Shown one piece after another: positions 25,421 to 38,426 of a stretch of DNA of 64,000 nt. The stretch covers positions 35,526,001 through 35,590,000 of the forward strand of contig NC_043012.1 of NCBI RefSeq assembly GCF_006345805.1, given 5' to 3'. The stretch comes from Octopus sinensis (Eukaryota). The translations under genes were made by a program, and so were the position numbers. The notes under the pieces were generated by a model, which was given only the letters and a program-made list of their open reading frames with translations, did not search any database and had not been told where the DNA came from. Every line of letters begins with the position of its first letter. The stretch's first letter is position 1.

Positions 25421-27400
25421 GACATGCATGCACATATATATGCATTATGTGTTTGTATAAATATAAGAATTTTTTATAAACTTTTGAGAGAACATAAAAT
25501 AATTGGTTTTTGGAACAATCGTTCTCAAAGCACATCACAGCTCTAACGAATAGCATGGAAATATTGCAATGAGCTTCAACAACCATTATGCCAAACTGTG
25601 TGTGTGTGTGTGTGTGTGTTTAACAGCAGAGAATTGTAATGAATTCAGAGAAAGTTGTGAACAACATCAATAGATAATAAATACAATATTTTCTGATGGA
25701 AACTGGTAAAAAAGATCAAATACAATTTTGGTAATGTGGTCTAACACAAGACACAGACGGTGGTAGTATGGTCAAACATAAGACCAATATTACAGTCTTA
25801 TAAAAGACCACCTAGACTGTAACAACATAAACTCATGTAAACCCACTTAAGCTACCTGTAGCATAGTCCTACGTAAGGCCACAGAGGCTACTCCAGCATG
25901 GTCTGACATAAGACAATGACTGATGACATAGCTTTATATCAGCCCACATAGACTGCGATAGTCTTAGCCGGCATTTTGGGGCAAGTGTCATCTAATTTAG
26001 CCCCAGGCTGATCAATGCCTTATAAAAGAATTTGGTAGGCAGAGTCTGTGTAGAAACTCGTTGTCTGTTTGTCTCGCTACCCACCGATTGACAAACAACC
26101 TGTGTTGCTTCGTTTATTTACGTCCCCGTAACTTAGCAGTTCGGTAAAAGAAACCAACAGAATAAGTACCAGATTTTAAAAAAAGAAAAAAAAGACTCGG
26201 GTCTTTTAGTTCGACTATACCCTTCAAGATGATGCCCCAGCATGATCGCAATCCAATGATTGAAACAAGTAAAAAAACAAAAAAGACAGATTTCTACAGA
26301 GTCACATAAGACCACCACAGACAGTGTTTGTCTAAAATAAGTCCGCACAACCTCCAACAGTTTAAAATTAAACCACACACATAGACTGGGATACTCTAAC
26401 GTAAGACCATGTAGAATATGATAGTCTAAAGGATGGTTGGTCTAACTATGACTTATATCGATCGTCTGAATTTAAAATAGACAACCAGGGGACATTTATC
26501 GAGTACAATTCTAAATATAATGAAAACCGCTTAATATAATCACAGACACTGTTGCAAAGCAGTTATTGTTATCGAAATTAGTGGGACCCAAACAGAGTAT
26601 ATAACAATATCTGTACGGGATATTGTTAAATGGTCTGCTTAATGTTATCGTCTAGTAATCGTTATCTAAAAGACCTTGTCATAGGGTGATCACAATAAGC
26701 GCTTTCTAATCTTGTCAACGCTGTGGTAAATCATTAAGGTCAACCGTCAGAAATATCTAGACACGTTTAACACGGCACAGGGGTCAGATGTGTGCAGGGT
26801 GTGAACTGGGAAGGGTTAGCGCTACTCAAATACTTTGGTAATCTGCAACAAATATATACGTGTATGAATGTATAGGCATATGCACGTGTATATAATATAT
26901 ATGTGTGTGTGTGTGTGCATATATATATATATCTCTATTGCAGTGAAACCTTTTTCAGACTGCAAACGTTCGTTCGTTGGTTTTTGCACTGTCTTGTTTT
27001 CGCATTCAAAAATAACTATAGTGCACAACAGATAAGGTGCATCCGCTTATTGTAACCACAAACAGTATCACCAGGCAGTTATTGCTATCTACATACATCA
27101 TTAGATTCCAGTCTTTCACGTAAAATGAACTTATCCTCTGGTTACTGTTACAGAAATGACACGATCCTTCCTAACAGATCCCAAAAAGCGGCCTCCTCTG
27201 CACAACACACACAATATCATACACATTACACATTATATATATATATATAGTATGCAGCATGGTTTTTTCCTCATGTTCGTCTTACTACACGGTGTTATGT
27301 GGGTGTGTACCTTACGTAGGCTACAATCATGTTTGTTGTTTTCTATTAAATGCTGACACACAAAAATGTATCCACACACACATCTATATATATACATACA

Positions 27401-27444
<44 letters not shown>

Positions 27445-27749
27445 CACACACACACCGCTAAATGACAAGCTAACACAACTGCTACTAAGAAACATGATAT
27501 CCAGGAAGAAACCTCTACGAGGTCTTTCAACCTGGTATGGAGAGAAATAGCAGCCAGTTGTTTCCCTGAAACCACACTCCACTGTTTTGGGAAAAGAAGG
27601 GACACACTGCGCAATGTAGTCGTAGATACATGTGTAAAACCAACGAGATGGGCACGGCTGGAATGCTTTCAATCTTGGGTCTTCACGACTACGGTTGCAT
27701 GGCTTAAGATGCATTACAACTACTATACATGTTTAAACAGGAGTATATA

Positions 27750-28047
27750 TTCATCCATTCATATACATACATACACACACACATACATACATATATATAT
27801 ATACATACATATATTTAAAATACACACACACATACATACATATATATATATATACATACATATATTTAAAATACACACACACACACATACATATATATAC
27901 ATATATACATACATATATTTAAAATACACACACACACATACATATATATACATATATACATACACACATATATACACATACATATATACATACATACATA
28001 CACACATATATACACATACATATATACATACATATATATACACATAC

Positions 28048-28104
<57 letters not shown>

Positions 28105-28195
28105 CATACATATATATACACATAGACATACACACATATATACATACATATATACACATATATACATACATATATATATATATAGAGAGAGAGAG
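27750..28195. repeat. Compound (TA)/(CATA) microsatellite
   Basis: Direct reading; includes 3 copies of CATATATTTAAAATACACAC. Confidence 0.95.
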
Positions 28196-28276
28196 AGGGG
28201 GGGGTAGGGTGTTCAATGCAGGCACGTATGTGTGTATGTATGTATTTTATGGAGAGAATGCGAGCCACCAACTCAC

Positions 28277-28318
28277 CTGTTTGCCTATCAACAGCTTCAG
28301 TTTCTTCTTTATATCCAT
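28277..28318 (-). CDS. VPS50: VPS50/syndetin coding exon 1 ([14 protein letters not shown])
   Basis: ATG at 28318, 14 codons, ends Q|GTGAGT in phase 0. Resembles the vertebrate VPS50 N-terminus (MQKIKSLMTRQ, recalled) and lies next to a CpG-rich region. Too short for the ORF track. Confidence 0.75.
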
Positions 28319-28659
28319 TACTGCAACTCCATCAGAGAGAAGAGACGGCCACAATGACAACACTACACACAAACTAATAAATTATGAACTATATATAGCG
28401 AAGAACTGTGCTTTATATATCCCAATCCAATGCGTTTTACGACAGAGACAATATATATACGTATGTATATGTGTGTGTATATATTATGTGTATATATATA
28501 TATATATCCCAGTCAATGAAGTGACATTACATATATATATAGATATATGTATATACCCAGTCCAATGTTGTATGATAGAGAGACACACAGAGTATAATAT
28601 ATATATGTGTGTATTCCAGCCAATGCGTTATGTATTAAGTTCAGTGGAGAGGTGACATT

Positions 28660-29060
28660 TCTGGAGATAGAAGAGTGTGAATATGAAACGGTGGACGTTA
28701 TTTGAAGGAGAGGCGAAGCGGAATGAAGAAGAACATCGCCATTTTTCCAGTAACGATAACAGCGTCACCTGGTGACAAGTCAACGAAATAACTCCCCATA
28801 ACTCGTCTCACCTCCCACTTGGAATGCAGCCGTGTGTCGGTACGGGTGCTTGTAGTGTAGTGTAGTGTTAATTGTAGTAGTGTAGTAGTAGAGTGGTAGC
28901 GTCGTAGGGAAAAGTGTAATGTAGCAGTGAAGTGGTGATTCTACAGGATCGATGAGCCACTCGTGATAGTAGTAGTTGTTGTGGCGGTGGTGATATCCGG
29001 GTAGTGGTGGTGATATCCGGGTAGTGGTGGTTGGTTAAGGCTATAACGGATGCTCTCCAT
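28660..29060 (-). promoter_or_regulatory. Candidate VPS50 promoter and non-coding first exon
   Basis: Non-repetitive and locally CpG-enriched. Donor-like GAG|GTGAGA at 28812/28811; acceptor-like tctctctgatggagttgcag ends at 28321, 2 nt before the ATG. Confidence 0.5.
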
Positions 29061-29081
29061 TATATATGCATGTGTGTAGTT

Positions 29082-29114
<33 letters not shown>

Positions 29115-29943
29115 TATGTGTCTGTCATCATCATCATCATCATCGTTTAACGTCCACTTTTCATGCTGGCATGGGTTGGACGGTTTGACTGGGGAGTGGC
29201 AAGCCAGGAGGCTGCACCGGCAAAGTTTCAGCAGCTGGATGCCCTTCCTAATGCCAACCACTCCGAGAGTGTAGTGGATGCTTTTTGTCTATGTAAATAT
29301 ATGTGTGTGTGTGTGGTATGTACGTATGTATGTGTGGTAAGAAGCTTGCTTCCCAACTACATGGTTCTGGGTTCAATCCCACTGCGTGGCACCATGGGCA
29401 AGTGTCTTCTACTATAGCCTCAGGCCAACCAAAGCCTTGTAATAGGATTTGGTAGATGGAAACTGAAAGAAGCCCATCGTATATGTATGTGCGTATCTGT
29501 GAGTGTATGTATGTATATACTTTTTATCTTTTACATGTTTCACTCATTGGACTGTTCCCATCCTGGGGCACCACATTGAGGGGCCTTAGTCAGACAAATT
29601 GACCCCAGTACTTTAGGGTCTGGGAATTATTCTATTAGTGTCTTTTGCTGAACAGCTAAGTTACGGAGATGTAAAGAAATTAACACTGATTGTCAATTGA
29701 TGGTAGGACAGACAGACAGACAGACACGCACACACATACACACACACAACACGTGCACACAAACATATATATGCAGATATATATATAGGCACAGGCATGG
29801 CTGTGTGTTAAGAAGCTTGCTTCCCAACCACATGGTTCCAGGTTCAGTCCCACCTTCAGCAAGTGTCTTCTACTATATCTTCGGGCCAATCAAAGTCTTG
29901 TGAGTGGATTTGGTTGATGGAAACTGAAAGAAGCCCAACGTAC

Positions 29944-29974
<31 letters not shown>

Positions 29975-30870
29975 TTTATGTGTGTGCGTCTTTGTGTCTG
30001 TGTTTGTCCCCACTCGCCACCATCTCTTGACAACCAATGTTGGTGTGCTTACATAACCATACCTTAGTGGTTCAGCAAAAGAGACTGATAGAATAAGTTC
30101 TAGGCTTACAAAGAATAAGTCTTAGGGTCAATTTCTTTGGTTAAAACCCCTTTAAGGCTGTGCTCCAGCATGGCCACAATCACATGTCTAAAACAAGTGA
30201 AAAAATAAAAATAAGAGAATATATATAAATTCGTTGGGCCTCACAAAGGCAATGACAAAAGACCGAGACCTCTGGAGATATGCTGTGACTGAGAAGACCT
30301 GGCAAATAAAGTGAGATCACAGCTGTAGCCAGTGCAGTTAAGAAGTACCTTTGAACTGTCAGGTGATATAGCGTGCTTGAGGAGACCTATTGAGTCAAGT
30401 AAAATCAAAATCAAAATCAAAAATCAAATCACAATCAAAAATGGAAATGGTAGTTGTGGCCAATGCCAGTGCCACCTGAATGGCTTCCATGCCAGTGGAA
30501 CATAAAAAGCAACCACTACACTCTCAGAGTGGTTGGTGTTAGGAAAGGCATCCAGCTGTAGATACCTTGCCAGATCAGACTGGAGCCTGGTGAGGCCTCC
30601 TGGCTTGCCAGTCCCTAGTCAAACCATTCAACCCATGGCAGTCTTTGGTCTTTCACTGATGATATCGTTTTACTTAGAAAGAAACGCAGTTATTCTGATT
30701 TAATTTTGAATGTTTTAGCGTTTCCTATCTTTGAATTTAATTTCAATTTGTTTTTTGAACTTGAAAAATACACACTGAATGTCGAAATATCGTTCAACCA
30801 ATAAAATATCAATTGCAATCACATCATACTCTTCATCTTGTCTATTATTATTATTATTATTATTATTATT

Positions 30871-31426
30871 GAGTGAGAGAGCAGTGCATGCAATCAAAGT
30901 GACACTGGGGTACAAATATACGAAGCCCAGTATACCCATCATGACTACTCATCTGATAAGGGTACACCAGACACATGCATCACAACCATATGTGTGCGAC
31001 ATGGTGATCTCATATCAAGATAAACAACGCATGACCTTGCAGGTGGGGCCCAGTTAGAATGTTCTTCTGGTCAAGGAACCCATCCCGCTCAAAAGGTCCC
31101 TGAATAAGGGTTGTTTAAGGATGTTGAACGAAGCACCCATGTTTCCAGAGGTGAATTATTCAAACCCCAAAGAATCCCTCTCAGCACATAGCTATGATGT
31201 TCCCCCCACTACTTCTGCTCGTGATCAGAGATGCACATATTGTCAGCCACCAAGGGACATGCTCAATTGGTTAAGGTCAAGCAACTGACAAGCAAATCTG
31301 TGGTATTGAGCAGAATATTTGCTGTAGCCCATCTTTTATACCAAGACAAAACAATGTACATGATAACACTTCCAATCAGTTAAGATCAGAAGCCATGAGA
31401 ACCACTGCCTGGTACTGCATCAGGGC
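30871..31426. mobile_element. ~556-bp non-coding insert bounded by (TAA)n on both sides
   Basis: Complex sequence between (TTA)n 30843-30870 and (ATT)n 31427-31523. I recall it as a dispersed Octopus repeat; unverified. Confidence 0.55.
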
Positions 31427-31435
31427 ATTCATTAC

Positions 31436-31471
<36 letters not shown>

Positions 31472-31482
31472 CATTGTTATTA

Positions 31483-31523
<41 letters not shown>

Positions 31524-31869
31524 TGGTAAGCTTGCAAAATCAAATGGGGCAACAGAGAAAATACTCAGTGCCACTTCTGCCTCTTCACATCTGAGTTCAA
31601 ATCCCACTGAGTTTCCATGAGTTTTAAGTGTCATGCTAAATAAAGCATTTGTCAGATGCGATTCAATTGACAGTTTTTGTGATGAATTGGAATCTTATTA
31701 TCCCAGTGTTCTGTACTTGTTGGAGTATGTCGTTGTTTACTATTTGAACATGAATGTGGGAGAATATACGTAGAGGAGGATATTGATTATCAGTCTTATA
31801 TGTAGACATATGCACACATACATTCAAATCAACTGCAGAGTATTGTGAATTTATTTGAGTTCTGTTGCT

Positions 31870-32720
31870 TGATAAAAATTAGTCAAGAGGGAATTATGAA
31901 TCTGCCTGCATTTAGTGAACATTTCAGATCATTTGTTTAAATAATTATCTGAGGTCTTGAGTTTATATCAAATGAAAAGTTTTCTCGATGCATACACATT
32001 GGTGTATATTGTTTTAGGTCAGTATAGCGCCCCCACCCCACAAAAATTATTAATTTTTGTATATTAATTCCCTGGTCTTTCAATTTCCAAATATAGCTTT
32101 CAAATAGCAGTGACATTCCTCTTTCCTTTGTTTAAAAAGATGAAAAAACACTTGTAGTTGTGTCTTTTGAAATTTCCCTCAGTCATTCTTATGTTGTGTT
32201 TTCAAGTAAAGTCATTGTTATTATTATTAGTTAAGTTTATTTCCATGAAACTTTCTACCAAAGTTCTCTTTGATGCTCTGTAACCATTTGCTTCTTTGTT
32301 TGTAATCCTTGTGTTATTTTCCTTGAAATTAGTAGGTCTTTAGATAATATTGTATCAATATTTATAAAAATCATTATATGTATGTCCTGGTGCTGATATT
32401 CCTTTTGCCTTCTCCTCATAAACATCCATTAGGCATTTTACAAGTTCTTGACACCTGCCAATATTTGGTACCACTATGAAGATGGTTGCAGGAAATTCCT
32501 TTATTCTCATGACCTCCCAAGAATAATGGACAGAGAAAATCGATGGATGGATGAATGGATACCATTATTTGGTATCAGCATATTGACCATGTTCTTGACT
32601 CACACCATTATTTTAGCGCCAATAATACATTTCCTGAGTACTTTGGGTTCGAGAATTACACAGTGTTCTTCACACACACACACACACAAACCATTTTTCT
32701 AGTGCCAATACATTTCTTGT
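31870..32720 (-). pseudogene. Decayed Penelope-like GIY-YIG endonuclease region
   Basis: Minus-strand frame fragments TEGNFKRH, SYIWKLKR and YLNK*SEMFTKCRQ resemble PLE motifs TEG.FK.R, SK.IW.LK and LNKRSE..SKCRH. Confidence 0.6.
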
Positions 32721-34459
32721 GATCTTCCCATACAGAAATCCTTTGTGTGTCTCAAGGAATTACCATTACTGACAAAATAACAACAGCAATCACAAACCAC
32801 CCATAGACTTTCTACATGGCTGCTTCTCCTGCTAGAAAAAGCAGCTAAATCTTCCTCAAAATCACACTGTATCGGTTTGAAAACAGCAGACCCAGGACAT
32901 TTAGATAATGTTGTCCAAGATACACAACATGTTAATAAAAGACAGGATGGTAATGGCTGGAATGGTTTTGATTATGGGTCAGCTTGATTGAGGCTGACCT
33001 CAATTTCAATAGCAGCAGCAGCAATCACAGATCATTCTGACCTTACAGGTCATCTAAATCAGCCAATCAAATGCCATCAAATAATCTTTTGCCTCTTCAC
33101 ATCAGATAACAACTGGTTTACACCACTTCTATCAAGACATCTTCCACAGCTTTTTATCTTTTATTTTATTTTATATCTCATATCACACTTGAAGCAACAA
33201 TAGGCTAAGTCAACCTTGGTCAAACTGAAATGCTGAAAGGCATATCAGTAAAAAAAAATTTGAGGTGTTGCTTAACCATTGTTCAGAGCTATGTCAAAAG
33301 CGTTCCAACAGTGACCACCCTATCAAAACTTAATAATCCAATGTTCTTTTCCAAGAACATACTGAGTGATGTTACTGCTATTTCTAGCAGTTTGATCAAC
33401 CATGCAAAGGCTCTTTCAGTAGCTTGCATCAGTAAAGTAGTAGTAGTAGTAGTAGTAGTTGTTGTTGTTGTTAGTAATGGTAGTGTTTTAAAACCCCAGG
33501 CATCTATAAACGAGTAGAATTATGACCAAAGGATATGTCAACCATTATTTCTGTTATCTCAAACTACATTGTACTTCTCTGTGCTTTTAGCTCTGTCTTC
33601 AGCTGTTTTTTAGGGTGTCCTCTCTTCCATCACACTTGTAGGTTCCAGATATGACTTGATGTATAATGCAGGGTGTTGGTTTCCTTAAAGTGTGGCCTTT
33701 TGGATTGTGCTGAGAAGATCTGTTAAGCCAAGTCGTGGGTGTCGCTGATGTCACGTAAATGGCACCTCTGCCAGTGGCACATAAAAAGCATCCAGCATAA
33801 TCTGTAAAGTGGTTTGCATTAGGAAGGGCACCCGGCCATAGAAGCCAAGCCAAAACTGACTGGAACCTGGTGCAGCTCTCTGGCTTGCCTGTTCCAGTTA
33901 AACCGTCCAACCCATGCCAGCATGGACAAGGGACATTAAATGATGATGATGATGATGATGATTTCACATGTTTTCTTAAGGGAAGGCTTTCTTCTCTGGG
34001 GTCAAGTTGGTTTTGAATTGTCATCGATACTTCTGTATCCTTGCTTTTTTTCTAGGCACAAGTGAAGCCCTACCAAGAGATTTCACTCTGCTGGCAGAGG
34101 TCTCAAGGTCGTTGAGACACACAAACAACTACCCTGCAACAAAGACTGAACCTTGTGGTGGTTAATAGAGGGCAGTGAGTGTATTTTTCATGGCACCAGC
34201 ACTAGTGAGGTCCCCATGTCCTTAACAAAGCTGAAAGAGTCTTACGACCTTACATCTTTGCTCAGATCCCAGTCTCTTTAAGTGTGAGCAGCATGTGTGG
34301 CAGAGATTTGTAAGATAGAGAACTGAATGATAAACTGGAACTGCATCAGTTGCAACAACAAGGAATGCTCCAGTTGGTCTGATCAACGGAACAGCCTGCT
34401 TGTGAAATTAACACACAAGTGGCCAAGGACTCCTCAAGCATACGTACCTATTTCTTTAT

Positions 34460-34683
34460 TACCCACAAGGGGCTAAACACAGAGGGGACAAACAAGGACA
34501 GACAAACGGATTAAGTCGATTATATCGACCCCAATGCATAACTGGTACTTATTTAATCGACCCCGAAAGGATGAAAGGCAAAGTCGACCTTGGTGGAATT
34601 TGAACTCAGCTCGTAGCGGCAGACGAAATACTGCTAAGCATTTCGCCCGGCGTGCTAACGTTTCTGCCAGTTCGCCACCTTAA
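34460..34683 (-). mobile_element. tRNA-derived SINE (GGTGGCGAACTGGCAGAAACG head); near-identical copy at 45340-45556; degenerate arrays at ~3130-3545, 36990-37900, 56030-56675
   Basis: B-box GAGTTCAAATTCC followed by GTCGACTTTGCCTTTCATCCTTTCGGGGTCGAT..AAGTACCAG. Confidence 0.85.
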
Positions 34684-36826
34684 CGTAGTTCTCAGCATGC
34701 GTACCCTTAATGTACTTCTCAGTGAGACCCAGAGTATGACAAGGCTGGCCCCGTTTGAATTACAGGTACAACTCATTTTTTGCCAGCTGAGTGGACTGGA
34801 CCGATGTGAAACGAAGTGCCTTGTTGAAGGACTCAAAGTGCCACCAGATATCAATCTCACAGTCTTATGCCTTTACACTGGATATCCAAACAACTAAGCC
34901 ATGGGCCTTCACAATAGAGATAGACAACAAGGGAGATATGTGACAGGAGTAGAGTCAGTGATAGGGGCACTCTATATTCTAAGGTAGGGCAGATACATTC
35001 ATGAAATGTATAACCAAGGAAATACCAAAATAACAAAATGCCAAGAACACAACACATACCAAAATGGAAACAACAAAAAACAAGGAATTCTCCAATAAAT
35101 CTATCATTTATTTCTCTCTGAAAATTATTTCCAAAGAACACGGTAAAGAATGAACATTATTATTATTCACTTGATTCACAAAATATAACAGTTTTGTTGT
35201 ATTTTTTTAGGTGGAGAGGGTGAGGTTGTTCTCCCCCACTTCACCTCTGTAGTTTTTATTTTTTTTTTTTTTTAAGGTGAGCAAAACATAACAGAGACAA
35301 AGAAAACCATCAACTTTGTCCCAAACCTGTTTCTACACACAGGGCTGGGGTAGATACCAGATTTTTATAAACATTTGCTTTGAGCTTTGGTGAAAAACAA
35401 TACAAAATAAAGCAGTTTTTTTAATCAATTTTTAGTGAGAAGACTTAGTTGTATTTTTTTTTAATCATAAATTATATAGTTTTAAAATTTTATTTTTATG
35501 TATGTATGTCTTTAGTAAATTTTTTGTTTTTAAGAGGTGTTTCTTAGTTGTGATTTTATGAATGAATTCATACAGATGGAATTAATATGAGGGTATTGGT
35601 GGTGGAGATGGTACTAGTGGATATACAGATACATACATATTTATATATATGTGTGTGTTTGTGTGTGTGTATGTATATATATATATATATATATATATAA
35701 ATATATATGCATATATATATATATTATGTAGTAGTATATGCATATCACAATCGTCTTCATCTTTACCATAACTTTCAACATTTTAATACCTATTTTCCCA
35801 AACTTCTATTGACTGGAAGTGGACACTGTATGAAAAATCTCCAGCTGGAGCAATCAGGCATCGTTTTCTACGTAACATGTAACATCCTGAGATCTCATCT
35901 ATTTTTCCGTGTGTGTGCGTGTGTGTGTGTTAAATTTTAAGAAATCTTGTTAAAATGATAATGGAGATGATGGCTGTGAAGACGAAAATATTTGAAATGA
36001 AAATTTGTAAAGACAAAAACAAGATGGAAAATAAAATAAAAGAATAAAATAAAAAGGACAGGTATCTGTAGGGATTGAACACACGTTCTCTCTCTTCCTG
36101 CCACATACACCCTTACAATTATCTTACCCACTGATCCCCGATTCCTGAAACTCCAATAGCTGAAAGGTATGGAACAAAAGCTGTCTAGCTATGGTGCAAG
36201 GCAATGGGATCAAACGGTGTGGTAGACATAGTTGAGAGTTCCTGGAGCAATCAGAGAACTCTCTCCATAGCCCAGTTTGCCTGGCTGACAATAGACCGAC
36301 ACATACCAATTCCACTTCAGAGCGGCGATTGTCCATAAATGTTATAATTTTTCAATGTTACTGCTAAAAGGACTTTGAGACAAGGTAGGTAACTCTGCAG
36401 ACCGTATTCTCTACCTTTACAGAGAGCACTCGCCATTTTAGTTATTTCCTGTTGGAAATATTGTCACCCGACACGAGTGATATGGGTGGATATACAGAGA
36501 AATATATTTACTACAGCAAAAAGAAACATTTTTATACAACTAGTATTCATCCATAATGTTGAATCATTCTTAAAACTTTATCTAAAACTTGAATAAATCA
36601 GCTTTCACGCAACCAATATGTAACAGGTCAAACATATTGTGTTCTATGGGTAATAGGCATTATTAATTTCCAAATATCGTATTTCTCGGTCATCAAAAAT
36701 GCTGTTTTATGTATGTTTATTATAAACTATCGTTTAATAAAAGCCTTGGCGATGATTAATGACCAATAGCAGTTTTTATTTTTTTCTTTGACGAATTTAA
36801 AATGTGACCTTATTGACAACCTCACT

Positions 36827-36861
<35 letters not shown>

Positions 36862-37645
36862 GAAAACAAAATAAACTGGTTTTAAAAATTTGCTGATGTT
36901 TAAATTGGTAATAAAACTCGATACTGCTACTTGTTCATCTTTTTGAAAAATAATTTAAAATCTGATAATTGTATCAATAAAAATAATGATCGTTTCCATT
37001 ATTGACTCAAAGCCTAAAATGGTGGTGGGGACAAATTGATTATATTAACCCCAGTGCATAACTGGTACTTATTTCACCAACCCTGAAAGAGATGAAAGTC
37101 AAAGTTGACCTTCATGGAGTTTGAACTCAGAACAAAAAGATGAAATGTTGCTAAGAATTTTGCCCAGTATGGTAAAAATTCTGCCATCTCACTGCCTTAG
37201 CAATAATAATAATAATAAGCCTTTCTATTGGAGGCACAAGGCCTCAAATTTGAGGGGAGGGTATTAGTCGATTACATCAACCCCAGTGTTTTACTGGTAC
37301 TTAATTTATCAACCCCAAAAGGATGAAAGGTAAAGTCAACCTCAGAGGAATTTGAACTCAGAATGTAGCAACGGGAAAAATGCCACTAACCATTCTGTCC
37401 AGCAAGCTAACAAATCTGCCAGCCCACCACCTTATATAATAATAATAATTATCATTATTATTTCTACTCAAGGCACAAAGCCTCGACAATTTTGGTGGGA
37501 AAGGGGTTAGTGCTTATTTCATGGACCCCGAAAGGATGAAGGGCAAAGTCGACCTCAGCAGAATTTGAACTCAGAATGTAATGGTAGACAAAATACCACT
37601 AAGCATTTCATCTAGCGTGATAATGACTCTGCCAGCTCGCCACCT

Positions 37646-37684
<39 letters not shown>

Positions 37685-38356
37685 TTAAGAAGAAGAAGAA
37701 AAAGAAGTTTCGAATTTTGAGGCAAGGGCAGTAATTTTAAAGGAAGGGGTTTAGTCAATCTGTTCGACCCCAGTACTTCACTGGTACATATTTTATTGAC
37801 CCCAGAAGGGTGGAATGTAAAGTGAAACCTAGAGTAATATCAAACTCAGAACATAAAGGGAAGGGATTAAATACTACAAGGGACCTCGTTTGTTGCACCA
37901 AAAGTTCCATCCAACTTTAGCAGAATTCTACAAAATTAAATATAATAACTGTTGTTGCCTAATCTCCATGTCAATCCTAGTTGAGTAGGCAGCTGATAAG
38001 TGACATTCCAGAGATGACCACCTCACTTCTTTAAGAGTATCTAAAGCTACACTAATGTATTGCTCCTTTTTATGAGAGCAGGGTGTGTTATGAGGAAGGC
38101 CCTGTTGCTATTTCTAACAAGCCAAACAACATCATGTAGGTCGCTTGCTGACTCATATAGTCCATCATCACGCATACAGGTGAGCAGTATTCTAAACAGG
38201 TGTGTCATAAAACAAGCCACTCCCACCACCTCCACATTACACTCCATCAATATGTTCATTTCTTCCTTTTTCTTCATTGTTCAAGATAGTTCTACATCAT
38301 ATTCATTCCATTGCTAATAATGTCACCAAATACCTGATGAGAGGGGGAAATAAGAA

Positions 38357-38405
<49 letters not shown>

Positions 38406-38426
38406 ACATACATAGAAACATACATG

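Noticed and set aside
31355-31426. Possible HDV-like or hammerhead ribozyme at the end of the (TAA)n-flanked element (CTGATGC)
   Set aside because: I could not build the required helices or a GAAA partner by hand.
38047-38317. Opposing ORFs of 76 and 85 aa
   Set aside because: No recognisable motif. They lie downstream of the RhoGAP stop and are not needed for either gene model.
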